Positions 1-10,387 of a stretch of 64,000 nucleotides of DNA are shown here, piece after piece (the stretch's first letter is position 1; each line of letters begins with the position of its first letter). Made by a program: the position numbers and the translations under genes. This DNA is from an uncultured Latescibacterota bacterium (GTDB lineage Bacteria > Latescibacterota > UBA2968), in NCBI GenBank assembly GCA_951812545.1, contig OX638317.1, positions 2,297,848-2,361,847 on the forward strand, in the 5' to 3' direction. A model generated the notes under the pieces. It had not been told where the DNA came from, did no database searches, and was given only the letters and a program-made list of their open reading frames with translations.

Positions 1-191
1 TCCGCTACCATAGTTGACCTCCTCAATGGCTGAAGACGGCTCATTGAAGATACGCTCGATGGCGTTGACTACCAACTGACTTTTAACGAGCCTGCTGCCA
101 TGTTTTTGATTCATCATGCAACCGACGTATTTTTTGAACAAAAGCTCGCATAATTAGGTATAATATCCCTGAAAACCGAAAGGATTGAGAC

Positions 192-476
192 ATGACGAGA
201 GAGCAGTCGCTGACAAAGCGGCGGGAGTTGGTCGAGTCGGGCTACACCATCGTACCTGGTGTCATGGATAAGGATCTGCTGGACAGGCTCAGGACATGGT
301 CCGACCACATCTTCGAACGCGTGACAGTTCCCCACAAGATCCGGTACCAGGGCAGCGATATCTTCGTCAGAACGGAACGCCGATGGCAAGAGGGAACGCC
401 GATAGCCGAGAATCGGTTTCCCGGCCTGGCACGACGTCTTTTCCTTTCCCGATCCGCCCAGTTGGTGGGAAGATGA
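192..476 (+). pseudogene. PhyH-family dioxygenase N-terminal fragment (truncated)
   Basis: This is a 94-aa ORF. Its first ~55 aa (ELVESGYTIVPGVMDKDLLDRL...) resemble the N-termini of the intact PhyH-like genes in this window. It stops far short of their ~240-290 aa. Protein-like reading continues in another frame to ~580, which suggests frameshift decay. Confidence 0.4.
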
Positions 477-623
477 CGTACCCAAGGCAATTCGGGATGC
501 GGAACCCTCGATCAAATACGAGAGATCCCACGAATTCAGAACACCCTCGCACTACCTCACCTGACGCCTCGCTATCCTGAGTTCAGAAATACCGCATTTT
601 GGGATACAATAGGGAGAGACCTC

Positions 624-816
624 ATGGCATACGTCATACTTATCGCAGAAGGGGATGCATCCGACGCGCTTTAATCGACCTGGATCAAGGTCGCGGGATG
701 TCTGGGGATCGAGACATGCGGCGAGCAACTACTGACGGTGTTTATCCATCCGAACATAAACCGATTCAGGTCGAATTTCAGATCCTTGACCATTAACTAC
801 CGATTAGCATTTGCTA
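624..816 (+). pseudogene. Internally deleted ghost copy of the 8033-11229 cassette
   Basis: Three collinear patches match the intact cassette downstream. Patch 624-684 matches 8033-8093 (start of the small ORF, 54/61 nt identical by eye, in-frame TAA at 672-674). Patch 677-729 matches 9993-10044 (inside the 701-aa gene). Patch 734-816 matches 11160-11229 (end of the EEP gene plus its 3' flank). ORF 599..796 ends DGVYPSEHKPIQVEFQILDH, against DGVYPSDHKPIQVEFQILVS in the intact gene. Confidence 0.75.
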
Positions 817-829
817 CAGGAGATTCCCC

Positions 830-1918
830 ATGCCCAGGCTCTTCGGCCGCAACTTCACTCGCCGCCAACTGCTCAACCGCGTCGGCGACATCAGCCAACT
901 CATGTACGCCCGCCGCGCCGAGCGCAGCGAAGGATTCGAGCGCGGCGCCGGCCTCATCGACGTATTCAACGCGTCGGGCCTGGGATTTTCCGTCTTGCCC
1001 GGCCGCGCCCTCGACATTGCCTCGGCCCACTACAAGGGCCAGTCACTGTGTTTTCGTTCCGGACCAGGAGACGTCGGGCCGGCCTTCTACGAGCCAGAGG
1101 GCTTCAAATGGGGGCGCGGCTGGTTCGGCGGGCTGGTAACCTCTTGCGGCCTTGACTTTGTCGGACACCCAGAAATTGATCCCGAAGAAGAAAACGCCGA
1201 GATGCCACTGCACGGTCGCCTCTCGTACATACCGGCGAAAAACGTCGGCATTGAGGCGGGCTGGGAGGGCGCGGATTACGTCGTGCGCATCCGCGGCCAA
1301 ATGCGCCAGGCCGAGGTCTTTGCCGAAAATTTAGAGCTGTCGCGCGAGATTTCGACCGTGCTCGGCGAGCGGAGCATCCACATCCGCGACCGTATAGAAA
1401 ACCTCGCCGTTGACCGTTCACCCCTCATGTTCGTGTATCACTGCAACCCCGGCTTCCCCCTCCTCGACGAAGGAACGCGCCTCATCCTCCACAGCCGCGA
1501 GAGCACCGAGTGGACCGAGGACCGCCCTGTCGGTTCCGAGGACTACACCGTGGCCAAAGGACCGCAACCACGCGCCCACGACGATGTGTACGTACATCGG
1601 CCCCACACCGACCGCCGGGGACACGTCCACATCGGCCTGCTCAACGAAAAGCTCGGCCTGGGATTGTATTGGCAGTTCAAACACAGCGAGATCCCCATCG
1701 TCAACCAATGGCAGCACTTCCACAAGGGCACCTACGTCACCGGCATTGAGCCGGGCAACTGCTCGGTGCTCGGTCGCGCCTGGAACCGCAAGCACGGGAC
1801 CTTGCAGTACATTGAACCGGGCGAAGTGCGCGAGTTCAACATGGAAATCGGCGTATTAGATGGGGCGGATCAGATGCGCGAGTTTGAGCATAAGGTCGAG
1901 CGGGGCTTGACCAGGTAA
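830..1918 (+). CDS. DUF4432 / aldose-1-epimerase-like family protein
   Basis: This is a 362-aa ORF with an AGGAG RBS at 819-823. It has the DUF4432-type N-terminal pattern (QLLNRVGDISQL ... GLGFSVLPGRALDI ... WFGGLVTSCGLDFVGHP ... PLHGRLSYIPA). Confidence 0.65.
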   Translation: MPRLFGRNFTRRQLLNRVGDISQLMYARRAERSEGFERGAGLIDVFNASGLGFSVLPGRALDIASAHYKGQSLCFRSGPGDVGPAFYEPEGFKWGRGWFGGLVTSCGLDFVGHPEIDPEEENAEMPLHGRLSYIPAKNVGIEAGWEGADYVVRIRGQMRQAEVFAENLELSREISTVLGERSIHIRDRIENLAVDRSPLMFVYHCNPGFPLLDEGTRLILHSRESTEWTEDRPVGSEDYTVAKGPQPRAHDDVYVHRPHTDRRGHVHIGLLNEKLGLGLYWQFKHSEIPIVNQWQHFHKGTYVTGIEPGNCSVLGRAWNRKHGTLQYIEPGEVREFNMEIGVLDGADQMREFEHKVERGLTR

Positions 1919-2100
1919 AACCGCTGCCGACGGCGAACTCGATAGAGCCACCCTGGACAAGATAGACGCGATCTGCCCGCCCGGAAAATAATTGGCAAAT
2001 AAGTAAGTGATTACTTGATCCTGTAATCCTATTTGGTTATTATATTGTGGCGGTTTACATTACTAACTTTTTTTGCTGTCATTTGGAAATTATCTCACAC

Positions 2101-3462
2101 ATGCTATATGTTCACTCATTTCTTTTGATCTGGCTCGCGTTTGTTCTTGGGTGTTCGCCCAGGTCTGCAAATCTCACCCTTCCTTTTGAACCTCCCAAAG
2201 CTTTTTCCAGTCATGCCTCACATGCGCTTTCTGAACGGTGGTGGACCGCTTTTGGAGATGCGAGTATGGACAGCCTGGTCGATCGCGCATTGCAGTCCAA
2301 TTTCAATTTGGAGACGGCGTGGCATCGGTTGCGAAGTGCACAGGCTGTTGTGGATCGCGAAGGGGCTGGCCAATTCCCAACGCTGGAAGTATCCGGGCGC
2401 AGTGAGGTTCAACGTCCAGATTCCGGAAATGATGCGCAGATCCGTTTGGGCATCGCGTCTGAATACGAAATAGATCTGTGGGGGCGGATTCGTTCGGGTG
2501 TGGATGCCGCGCGTTATCGAATGCGGGCGACCGAGGCGGATTATCAGACTGCGGCATTGTCGCTTTCTGCAGAGGTCGTGCGTACTTATCTTCAATTGAT
2601 GGAAGCACAAAATCAGCACGCACTTTTTGAGCATCAGGTTGAGACCAACCAGCAAGTGCTGAGTCTGATCCGAGCGCGTTTTGGCAGTGGGCAGATTCGC
2701 AGTGTGGATATTTTGCGACAAAGGCAATTGCTCGAATCCACACGCGAACAAAAAATCGCGACAGAATCCAGAATCGAGGTATTGGAACACCAGCTCGCTG
2801 TTTTGTTGGGTTATGCCCCTCAGGATGGAATTGCCTATACGCATCGCGCTTTGCCAGATCTGCCACCTCTGCCGGATACGGGTTTGCCTGTTGAGTTGAT
2901 TCAGCGACGTCCAGATGTCAAAAGGGCTTATAACCTGCTGTTGGCGGCGGATCGCGATGTGGCGGTTGCTATCAGCAATCGGTATCCGCGTTTGAGCCTG
3001 ACAGCATTGGCATCGGGGGATGACCGCGGTGGCCTGTTTAAAGATTGGGTGGGCAATCTGATAGGCAATCTTTTGCTGCCCGTTATCGATGGTGGTGAAC
3101 GGGGGGCAGAAATCAAGCGCAATAAAGCCAACAAAAGCGCGCAACTTTCGGCTTATGGACAGACGGTTTTGACGGCATTTGCCGAGGTGGAAAATGCATT
3201 GGTTCAAGAACAAAAACAGGTTGAACGCATCGCAAGTCTCGAAGTGCAGGTCGATCTGGTGAGGCAGACGTATGATCAGTTAAGGCTGGAGTATTTAAAT
3301 GGCATCAGCGATTATCTCGACGTGCTTACCGCGCTGACAAACGAACAGAGGCTCCGGCGAGCGTTGATCTCTGCGAAACTCGATTTGCTGGAGTTCCGCA
3401 TTGCGCTTTATCGGGCGCTCGCAGGTGGTTTTGAAATTGCTCGTAAGTCTAACGCGCCTTGA
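2101..3462 (+). CDS. RND efflux outer-membrane factor lipoprotein (TolC/NodT family)
   Basis: I chose the ATG at 2101 (MLYVHSFLLIWLAFVLGCS) because it gives a signal peptide plus a lipobox Cys. The rest shows typical OMF coiled-coil repeats. It is the first gene of an OMF-MFP-RND operon. Confidence 0.85.
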   Translation: MLYVHSFLLIWLAFVLGCSPRSANLTLPFEPPKAFSSHASHALSERWWTAFGDASMDSLVDRALQSNFNLETAWHRLRSAQAVVDREGAGQFPTLEVSGRSEVQRPDSGNDAQIRLGIASEYEIDLWGRIRSGVDAARYRMRATEADYQTAALSLSAEVVRTYLQLMEAQNQHALFEHQVETNQQVLSLIRARFGSGQIRSVDILRQRQLLESTREQKIATESRIEVLEHQLAVLLGYAPQDGIAYTHRALPDLPPLPDTGLPVELIQRRPDVKRAYNLLLAADRDVAVAISNRYPRLSLTALASGDDRGGLFKDWVGNLIGNLLLPVIDGGERGAEIKRNKANKSAQLSAYGQTVLTAFAEVENALVQEQKQVERIASLEVQVDLVRQTYDQLRLEYLNGISDYLDVLTALTNEQRLRRALISAKLDLLEFRIALYRALAGGFEIARKSNAP

Positions 3463-3506
3463 ATTGTAACTATTGTGATCAATCATTATAAACAGATAGG
3501 CATAAC

Positions 3507-4706
3507 GTGGATAGCAAAAAAGTACTGATTATTTGTCTTTGTATTTTGGTTGTGGGTGCAGGTATTACTGCGCTGATCTTTATGACTGAGCCTACGGCGA
3601 CTCGCGTTGCGGCGACTAAGAGAACCGCGATGCTCGTCGATGTGGTTGAGGTGGAACGCGGTACGTTTCGCCCTGTGATTGTGGCGACGGGGACGGTTGA
3701 AGCAGAACAGGATATCATCTTGAGTCCACAAGTCGGTGGACAGGTACTTTCGCTGTCATCGACTTTTACGCCGGGTGGGTTTGTCAAAAAGGGCCAGGTA
3801 CTGTTACAGATTGATCCGGCAGATTATCAGAATGCACTTTTGGGAAAAAAGAGCGATCTGCGTCGTGCCACTGCTGATTTGAATATTGAGATGGGACGGC
3901 AGAATGTGGCGCAGAAAGACTATCAGATTCTGAATGAGACGCTGTCGGGTGAGCTTGAGGCGCTTGTGCTGCGCCAACCTCAGCTCAATGCAGCTCGGGC
4001 ACGGGTAGAAGCGGCGCAGGCGGCAGTGAATCAAGCTGAACTGGCGTTACAAAGAACAACCATTAAAGCGCCTTTTGACGCGCACATTTTAAGTCGCAAT
4101 GCCAATGTGGGTTCTCTAATTTCTCCACGCGATAATCTCGGGCGCCTGGTTGGCCTGGATACATACTGGGTGGTGACGACCATTCCGCTTTCCAAAATTC
4201 CGTGGCTTTCTTTTCCCAACAGCGACGCAGAAAAGGGATCGTTGGTACAGATTCGCAATCGTGTGACCAAAAAGAAAGGTGCTTATCGCACAGGCTCTCT
4301 TCACAGACTCATTGGTGCTTTGGCAGAAAAGACGCGTATGGCGCGGGTACTGGTTTCCGTTTCTGATCCGCTTGCGCATCAGGATGGATCTGATCATCTG
4401 TCGCCGTTGATGATTGGCGCATTTGTCGAGACGCATATTGAGGCCAACGAAATTCCCAATGTGATGCGTCTGGCACGCGATTATATCCGGGCTGGCAATA
4501 CGGTCTGGGTGATGAAAGACGGCCTGTTGCAAATTCGGTCTGTTGAGATCGTTTTTCAAGATGCCGACTATGCTTATATATCAGAAGGGTTGCAGGATAA
4601 GGATCGGGTGGTTACGACCAATTTATCTCGAGTCGCTGATGGTGCAGAATTGCGCGTGAAAAGCGTTGGGGCTGAAGATCCTAAAACCCTGGGAGACACC
4701 CGGTGA
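3507..4706 (+). CDS. RND efflux periplasmic adaptor (MFP/HlyD family)
   Basis: This is a 399-aa ORF with an N-terminal TM anchor and the motif [13 protein letters not shown]. It also has a coiled-coil hairpin region ([31 protein letters not shown]). Its stop overlaps the start of the RND gene. Confidence 0.9.
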   Translation: MDSKKVLIICLCILVVGAGITALIFMTEPTATRVAATKRTAMLVDVVEVERGTFRPVIVATGTVEAEQDIILSPQVGGQVLSLSSTFTPGGFVKKGQVLLQIDPADYQNALLGKKSDLRRATADLNIEMGRQNVAQKDYQILNETLSGELEALVLRQPQLNAARARVEAAQAAVNQAELALQRTTIKAPFDAHILSRNANVGSLISPRDNLGRLVGLDTYWVVTTIPLSKIPWLSFPNSDAEKGSLVQIRNRVTKKKGAYRTGSLHRLIGALAEKTRMARVLVSVSDPLAHQDGSDHLSPLMIGAFVETHIEANEIPNVMRLARDYIRAGNTVWVMKDGLLQIRSVEIVFQDADYAYISEGLQDKDRVVTTNLSRVADGAELRVKSVGAEDPKTLGDTR

Positions 4707-7700
4707 TGAATGAGACACAAGATACATTTGAAGAAGCACGAGGTCCGATTGCCTGGATGGCGCGCAATGCTATTGCAGCCAATCTGTTTATGGTCATCCT
4801 CGTTGGAGGCGGGATCTGGACGGCTTTTCATATCCAGAAGGAGGTCTATCCGCAGTATGAACTGGATATCGTCTCGGTCAGTGTGGGCTATCCGGGTGCG
4901 GCACCTGCGGAGGTGGAGCAAGGGATTTTACAGCCGATAGAAGAAGCTGTGCGCGGTGTGCAGGGGATCATGGAGATGACGTCGCAGGCTCGCGAAGGGC
5001 GTGGGAGTGTGACCATTGAACTGGTGGCAGGCACCGATCGCGGAAAAGCCTTTCAGGATATTGATCAGGCAGTCAATCGGATTCGGACATTTCCCGATGA
5101 TATAGAACAACCCGAAGTCAGCCTGAGGGCACAACAGCGCAATGTGATGGATATTGGGCTATATGGCGATGTGGATATCGGTACGCTGAGAAGTCTGGCC
5201 GAACAGCTAAGGGATCGATTGTTGAGCGATCCGACCATTACACAGGTTGAGCTTGGCAATGTACCAGAATACATGACACATATTGAAATTCCTCAGCACA
5301 GATTGCGCGAACACGGTCTTACACTACGCGATGTAGCACGCGTGATTGTTTCGTCGAGTGAAGACATTCCTGCGGGTTCTGTGGAGACGGGTACGGGTGA
5401 AATTTTGTTGCGCATGAAAGAGCGCAAGCAGTGGGCAGATGAATATGGTCGTATTGTGATTATCCCTTCAGAAGGAGGCGGTGGGGTTACACTGGCGGAT
5501 CTGGCAATGGTCACGGATGGCTTTGAAGAAGGCGGATTTCACGAACGGTTTAATCGGCGACTTACAGTTGGTGTGGATATCTACCGGATCGGGAATCAAT
5601 CGCCACTTGAGATTGCTGAGGCTGTTAAAAATATCATGGCAGATTTTGAGACCACCCTGCCGCCTGGTGTGAAGTATCGGATCGACAGCAACAGTGCAGA
5701 GGATTACAAAGATCGGTTGTTTTTGCTGATCGAAAACGGGGTGCTGGCTATTGTGATTGTTTTGCTTATTCTGGCGATGTTCCTCGAGTTTCGGCTTGCA
5801 TTTTGGGTGATGATGGGAATGGCCATTTCATTCATTGGCAGTCTGCTGTTTCTGCCTGCTATTGATGTGAGCATCAATATGGTTTCTATGTTTGCATTTT
5901 TGGTGGTGCTCGGCATTGTGGTGGATGATGCGATTGTCGTGGGTGAAAATGTCCATGAATATCGGGAACAAGGTATGAGCCCGATGCAGGCGGCCATTGC
6001 GGGTACACGTGATATTGCCAAGCCGGTTACGTTCAGCATTTTGACTACGATTGTGGCTTTTGTACCGCTTTTGTTTATGCCCGGCACCACGGGAAAATTC
6101 TGGTGGCCATTGCCTGCGGTTGTAATCACTGTGCTGGCCGTGTCTCTTTTGGAGGCGCTGTTTATTTTGCCCGCGCATCTCGGGCACCTATCAAAACGCG
6201 CTGTTTCGCCGGTAAATGGCCCTGCGCATCGCTGGCAACAATCTATTGCCAACCATTTCAATCGGTTTATCGACCAACACTATCGCAGGTTTCTGGATGT
6301 ATGCATTCGGCATCGGTACGTTACGATTGCATCTTCTGTTGCTTTGCTGGTGGTGGTGGGCGGTTATGGATACAGCGATCATATGGGTATGATTATGATG
6401 CCCGAAGTTTCTGCCGACGAGATTGAAGCAGGTATCCGATTGCCTGTGGGGACCACGCGGGATCAAGCAGCGCGGGTTGCGCATGAGGTGACCGAATCGA
6501 CCCATCGCATGTTTGAAGCGCACAACCTTTATCGCGTGGCCGAAGGGATTAAAACCAATGTACGCGGGGGGAGTTTTATCGATGTAGAAATTGTGATGAA
6601 ACCGCCCGATGAACACGATATGACGACAGGAGAGATCATCTCACTGTGGCGCGATAACATCGGGGATATTGATGGTGTCAGTCAGATTACGTTTGAGGCC
6701 GAGAGCGGGCCGGGCGGTTGGCAACAGGATATCAGCGTCGATTTGAGCCATTCGGATATCGACGTGTTGGCCAAAGCCAGTCGGGCATTTTTAGAGCGCG
6801 CCGAAGGGTTTGAAGAGACGCACGATGTGAGTGACAATTACAATAAAGGTAAAGCGCAGTTTGATTTTGTGTTGCGTCCGGAAGGCCGAAATTTAGGGCT
6901 GACGGCGGTTGAGGTAGGGCGTCAGTTGCGCGATGCGTTTTACGGCGCGCTGGCGATGCGTCAGTTGCGCGGTACAAATGAAATTGAAATGCGCGTGAAA
7001 TTGCCAATGGCAGAGCGAAAGGATATTCGCTATCTCGAAGAATTTGTTGTGCGTACACCCGATGGCACAGAAGTGCCTTTGATGGATGTGGTAGATATTG
7101 AGCGTGGCGAAGCGTTTACAAGTATTAATCGGCGAGATGGTCGGCGCGTGGTGACGGTGAGTATGGACGTGGAGCCCAAGCGAGCGATGACGCGCGTTAT
7201 GGAAGCGATTAATACCGATGTGTTGCCACAAATTCGCGCTGAGCATCCGGGATTAACCTGGACATTTCAGGGGACGCAGGCCGAGATGCGCGAGTCAACG
7301 CAGGCGCTATGGGGCGGGTTTGCCATGGCGATGGCCATTGTGTATATGTTACTCGCCATTGCATTTGGCAGCTATTTCCAGCCCTTGATTGTGATGGCGG
7401 CGATTCCGTTTGGGATTGTGGGCGCTGTGATCGGCCATATTTTGCTCGGTTATGATTTGTCGCTTATCAGTTTGATGGGGGTGATCGCCTTGTCGGGTGT
7501 TGTGGTAAATGACTCACTGATTATGATCGATTATGCAAATAAAAGGCGTGCCCAGTGTTCGGTTTTTGAGGCGATTCACACTGCTGGGCTTCGGCGTTTC
7601 AAGCCTATTATTTTGACGACGTTGACAACCTTTGGCGGTTTGACACCGATTATTTTGGAGACATCTCGCCAGGCTTATTATCTCATTCCTATGGCAATCT

Positions 7701-7837
7701 CTCTCGGATTTGGTATTGTTTTCGCGACGTCTATAATTCTTTTGTTAGTGCCCTGTCTGTATATGATTCTGGAGGATGTTGTCTCTCTGGTCACAAATGC
7801 CCGGTACAGTTTGAGCCGTTCGACGGACGGACTTTAA
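4703..7837 (+). CDS. RND efflux permease (AcrB/HAE-type)
   Basis: This is a 1044-aa ORF with the 12-TM RND architecture and two large periplasmic loops. The GTGATG at 4703-4708 overlaps the MFP stop (TGA 4704-4706). The last 8 codons run into a REP-like repeat (7810-7845). Confidence 0.92.
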   Translation: MMNETQDTFEEARGPIAWMARNAIAANLFMVILVGGGIWTAFHIQKEVYPQYELDIVSVSVGYPGAAPAEVEQGILQPIEEAVRGVQGIMEMTSQAREGRGSVTIELVAGTDRGKAFQDIDQAVNRIRTFPDDIEQPEVSLRAQQRNVMDIGLYGDVDIGTLRSLAEQLRDRLLSDPTITQVELGNVPEYMTHIEIPQHRLREHGLTLRDVARVIVSSSEDIPAGSVETGTGEILLRMKERKQWADEYGRIVIIPSEGGGGVTLADLAMVTDGFEEGGFHERFNRRLTVGVDIYRIGNQSPLEIAEAVKNIMADFETTLPPGVKYRIDSNSAEDYKDRLFLLIENGVLAIVIVLLILAMFLEFRLAFWVMMGMAISFIGSLLFLPAIDVSINMVSMFAFLVVLGIVVDDAIVVGENVHEYREQGMSPMQAAIAGTRDIAKPVTFSILTTIVAFVPLLFMPGTTGKFWWPLPAVVITVLAVSLLEALFILPAHLGHLSKRAVSPVNGPAHRWQQSIANHFNRFIDQHYRRFLDVCIRHRYVTIASSVALLVVVGGYGYSDHMGMIMMPEVSADEIEAGIRLPVGTTRDQAARVAHEVTESTHRMFEAHNLYRVAEGIKTNVRGGSFIDVEIVMKPPDEHDMTTGEIISLWRDNIGDIDGVSQITFEAESGPGGWQQDISVDLSHSDIDVLAKASRAFLERAEGFEETHDVSDNYNKGKAQFDFVLRPEGRNLGLTAVEVGRQLRDAFYGALAMRQLRGTNEIEMRVKLPMAERKDIRYLEEFVVRTPDGTEVPLMDVVDIERGEAFTSINRRDGRRVVTVSMDVEPKRAMTRVMEAINTDVLPQIRAEHPGLTWTFQGTQAEMRESTQALWGGFAMAMAIVYMLLAIAFGSYFQPLIVMAAIPFGIVGAVIGHILLGYDLSLISLMGVIALSGVVVNDSLIMIDYANKRRAQCSVFEAIHTAGLRRFKPIILTTLTTFGGLTPIILETSRQAYYLIPMAISLGFGIVFATSIILLLVPCLYMILEDVVSLVTNARYSLSRSTDGL

Positions 7838-7956
7838 AAACAGAAGATCTTTCCGGTCAGAAAATCCATTTGTCTGATTGCTAAACGGAGTTATCTTGTC
7901 AGGTGTAGCGGGACAACGCAATCGCATCGGTTGGTTGCGACTGATACCAAACACAG

Positions 7957-7987
7957 ATCCCCACTGGATAGGTTGTCCAGTGGGGAT
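7957..7987. terminator. Perfect 12-bp stem / 7-nt loop hairpin downstream of the efflux operon
   Basis: The hairpin is ATCCCCACTGGA-taggttg-TCCAGTGGGGAT. It has no clear U tract, so it may be a terminator or a REP-type hairpin. Confidence 0.3.
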
Positions 7988-8032
7988 TCTCTACAATAGC
8001 GATCTCATGTTGAAGAACAGAAAAGAGGCCAC

Positions 8033-8272
8033 GTGGCATATGTCATTCTTATCGCAGAAGGAGATGCATCCGACACGCTTCAATTGACCTGGAGCGAAAA
8101 ATCGGAACGCCTCCGAACCCACACACAGTCACCGGGCGCTCTGGTACTCTACGATACCAACCTCGCCCGCGAATTCGTGCGGGATGTGAAAAGCCGCATT
8201 GACGGCGGCAAACTCGTCGTTTTCCGGTGCGACGAACCACACGAAACCGTAGAGCCGGGAGCGTCCGCATGA
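8033..8272 (+). CDS. Small hypothetical protein (79 aa), translationally coupled to the next gene
   Basis: The start codon is GTG. Its stop (TGA 8270-8272) overlaps the ATG at 8269 of the next gene in an ATGA arrangement. Its 5' end is conserved in the ghost copy at 624. Confidence 0.5.
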   Translation: MAYVILIAEGDASDTLQLTWSEKSERLRTHTQSPGALVLYDTNLAREFVRDVKSRIDGGKLVVFRCDEPHETVEPGASA

Positions 8273-10374
8273 TCGACTACCCCCCACTCGACACGAACGC
8301 GCCGACTTTTCCGTCCGAGGCCGACCTCGTTCACCTGATGTGTCGGCACGTGCCATACATCGAGCAGTACTGGGTCGATGAGGACGCGGAACACGGCTAC
8401 TTCGGATCCCTCGATGTGAACGAGTTTCAACCCCCGGGCGGACCGATCAACGAAATGATCATCCGATCCCTGGGCGATGAACTCCGAGGCTATGCGGCCC
8501 TCCATCAGAGCGCGTTCTTCGATCCGGCACTTGCTGGAATCGAGAAACCCGTCCTGCTCGACCGATTAAACCGATGCCTCCGCTGGATCTGCGCGCACCA
8601 TCTGAGCGGGTCGCGAAGGACGGAGCCGCTCGAATGGAATGGTCAGTGGGGTGACGACTGGGAATCGTCCCTCTGGATCGCGGACATTGCAATGGCAGCC
8701 AACCACGTTGCGACCGAACTGGAACCGGACGTACTCGAAGCCGTCCATCGCGTGCTCGCCTTTGAAGCGGACCGATTTCTCGGAGTCGATCCCCCGGACG
8801 GCCGCTGGCACGACACGAAGGAGGAGGAAAATGCGTGGGACAGCTATCTTCTCGCCTGGGCGCATTGTCTCCTCCCCGACCATCCCCACGCGGACGAATG
8901 GCTCTACCGGGGTAAGCTATTTGCCATCAACACCTTCACTACCGACCTCGATCGGGTCGATACGCGACTCTTTGACGGTCGCCCGCTGAAAGACTGGATC
9001 TGCACACAAACGTCCCATCCCGACCTCACCGTGGAGAATCACGGCTCCTTCCATCCGGGGTACCTCGGCTGTGGTGTCCTCCTGATGACAGGACGCCTCG
9101 CCTTCACACTGACGGGCAAGACACCTCCCTCCCACTACCTGCACCACATCTACGATGCCTGGAAGGTGCTAAGGCGTTTCTTTCTCTACAACGGATTTAC
9201 AGCCTACCCATCAGGCCAGGACTGGACCTGCCACGAACCCGACATTAGCTACCAGCACGCCGTCATGTTCGAGGAATTCGGCGACCGATTTGCAGGTCAT
9301 ATGCTGTGGCAGAACCTCAAATATCTGGATGAGTCAATGCGGGATGCAGGAGACGGCAGATTCAACGCCCGAATGCCACACGCGGCAGGTGGTCGCTACT
9401 TCCAGTTCGAAACGGGCATCATGGGGCAGCTGGGCACCCTCGCGATTGCCGGCGTACCCGACATCTCGCCGATATCCGTCGAGGAATTCAGACGCGAGCA
9501 GATCGGAACCGATGCCTATCCCTATGTCTGGCTGCAAGTTCGCCGCAGCAAGCAGGGCCTGTTCTCGTTCGCCTGGCGATCCCTATCACACAGCGTGATG
9601 GGGATGGTCGTACCGGCTGGCGGAGAGGACACGCTGGGGTCGGAACAGGACGCCTTCATCGGACGTTTCGAAATCAACGGCGAGCGTCTGAAGCCCACGC
9701 CGCTCTTCCACACCGATCACACATCGGAGAAAGGCTTCACGACCACGGGTGTAATCGAGTACGCTGACGGGCGTATTCGACAATCAATCGCAGTCGTCGC
9801 GCTCGAAGACGGGGAAAATTCGCTCGTAATAGACTGGACCGTCGCGGATGTCGCGCTCTCGCTGAACGAGGGATTTGGCGTCTATATCATGAACGACTTC
9901 GTGAACGGCAACCGGGTCCCGATCTCCTTCGAAGGCGGTCGTCGCACCATACGAGGCGTCGGTGGACGTGCACGGGTGATCGAAACCGGTTCGACCTGGA
10001 TCAAAATCGCGGGCTGTTTGGGGGTCGAGACGAACGGCGAGCAGCTCTTCTATGAAGATGCCTCGGAAAGGAACTCGCCCGAGCGGTGGAAAAACTTGCT
10101 CCAGGACCGCGTATTCCTGCGCCCCGACGAGAGCGGTAGAAACGTCCGTGACTACGCGTGTGTCATACGCCAGGGTCGTGCCGGAACTCGCCGCATAGGC
10201 CATGGCGTGGAGAGACTGCAAATAGACCAGAATGGGATCAGAGCCTATCGCTTTCGGTCCCGCACGGGTGACGTGATCGCCGTTGCGAACTTCACAACAG
10301 TATCCGAGTCCGTAGAACTGGCGGGCAAATCGGTCCAGGTTCCGGCGATGGACACCGTTCTGATCGAAAATTGA
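8269..10374 (+). CDS. Large hypothetical protein (701 aa), possibly polysaccharide-lyase/heparinase II/III-like
   Basis: I chose the start at MIDYPPL because of the ATGA overlap. The reading frame is long and clean. The N-terminal half is helical and Trp/His-rich (NGQWGDDWESSLW, TVENHGSFHPGYLG) and is followed by beta-rich sequence. The functional call is weak. Confidence 0.55.
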   Translation: MIDYPPLDTNAPTFPSEADLVHLMCRHVPYIEQYWVDEDAEHGYFGSLDVNEFQPPGGPINEMIIRSLGDELRGYAALHQSAFFDPALAGIEKPVLLDRLNRCLRWICAHHLSGSRRTEPLEWNGQWGDDWESSLWIADIAMAANHVATELEPDVLEAVHRVLAFEADRFLGVDPPDGRWHDTKEEENAWDSYLLAWAHCLLPDHPHADEWLYRGKLFAINTFTTDLDRVDTRLFDGRPLKDWICTQTSHPDLTVENHGSFHPGYLGCGVLLMTGRLAFTLTGKTPPSHYLHHIYDAWKVLRRFFLYNGFTAYPSGQDWTCHEPDISYQHAVMFEEFGDRFAGHMLWQNLKYLDESMRDAGDGRFNARMPHAAGGRYFQFETGIMGQLGTLAIAGVPDISPISVEEFRREQIGTDAYPYVWLQVRRSKQGLFSFAWRSLSHSVMGMVVPAGGEDTLGSEQDAFIGRFEINGERLKPTPLFHTDHTSEKGFTTTGVIEYADGRIRQSIAVVALEDGENSLVIDWTVADVALSLNEGFGVYIMNDFVNGNRVPISFEGGRRTIRGVGGRARVIETGSTWIKIAGCLGVETNGEQLFYEDASERNSPERWKNLLQDRVFLRPDESGRNVRDYACVIRQGRAGTRRIGHGVERLQIDQNGIRAYRFRSRTGDVIAVANFTTVSESVELAGKSVQVPAMDTVLIEN

Positions 10375-10387
10375 ATGAGGAAATCTG

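Noticed and set aside
1-117. A possible partial minus-strand CDS starts at ATGATG (117..112) and runs off the left edge (MMNQKHGSRLVKSQLVVNAIERIFNEPSS...).
   Set aside because: Only 39 codons are visible, there is no recognisable RBS or motif, and the ORF cannot be distinguished from chance.
134-164. A promoter-like pair, TTGAAC ... TATAAT, lies upstream of the PhyH stub.
   Set aside because: The spacer is 19 nt, which is longer than optimal, and the downstream gene is a pseudogene. The signal is too weak to call.
2218-3213. A 331-aa minus-strand ORF lies antisense to the outer-membrane factor gene.
   Set aside because: It lies entirely inside a well-supported plus-strand gene. Its composition is odd (Cys/Gln/Arg-rich) with no motifs, which makes it a shadow ORF.
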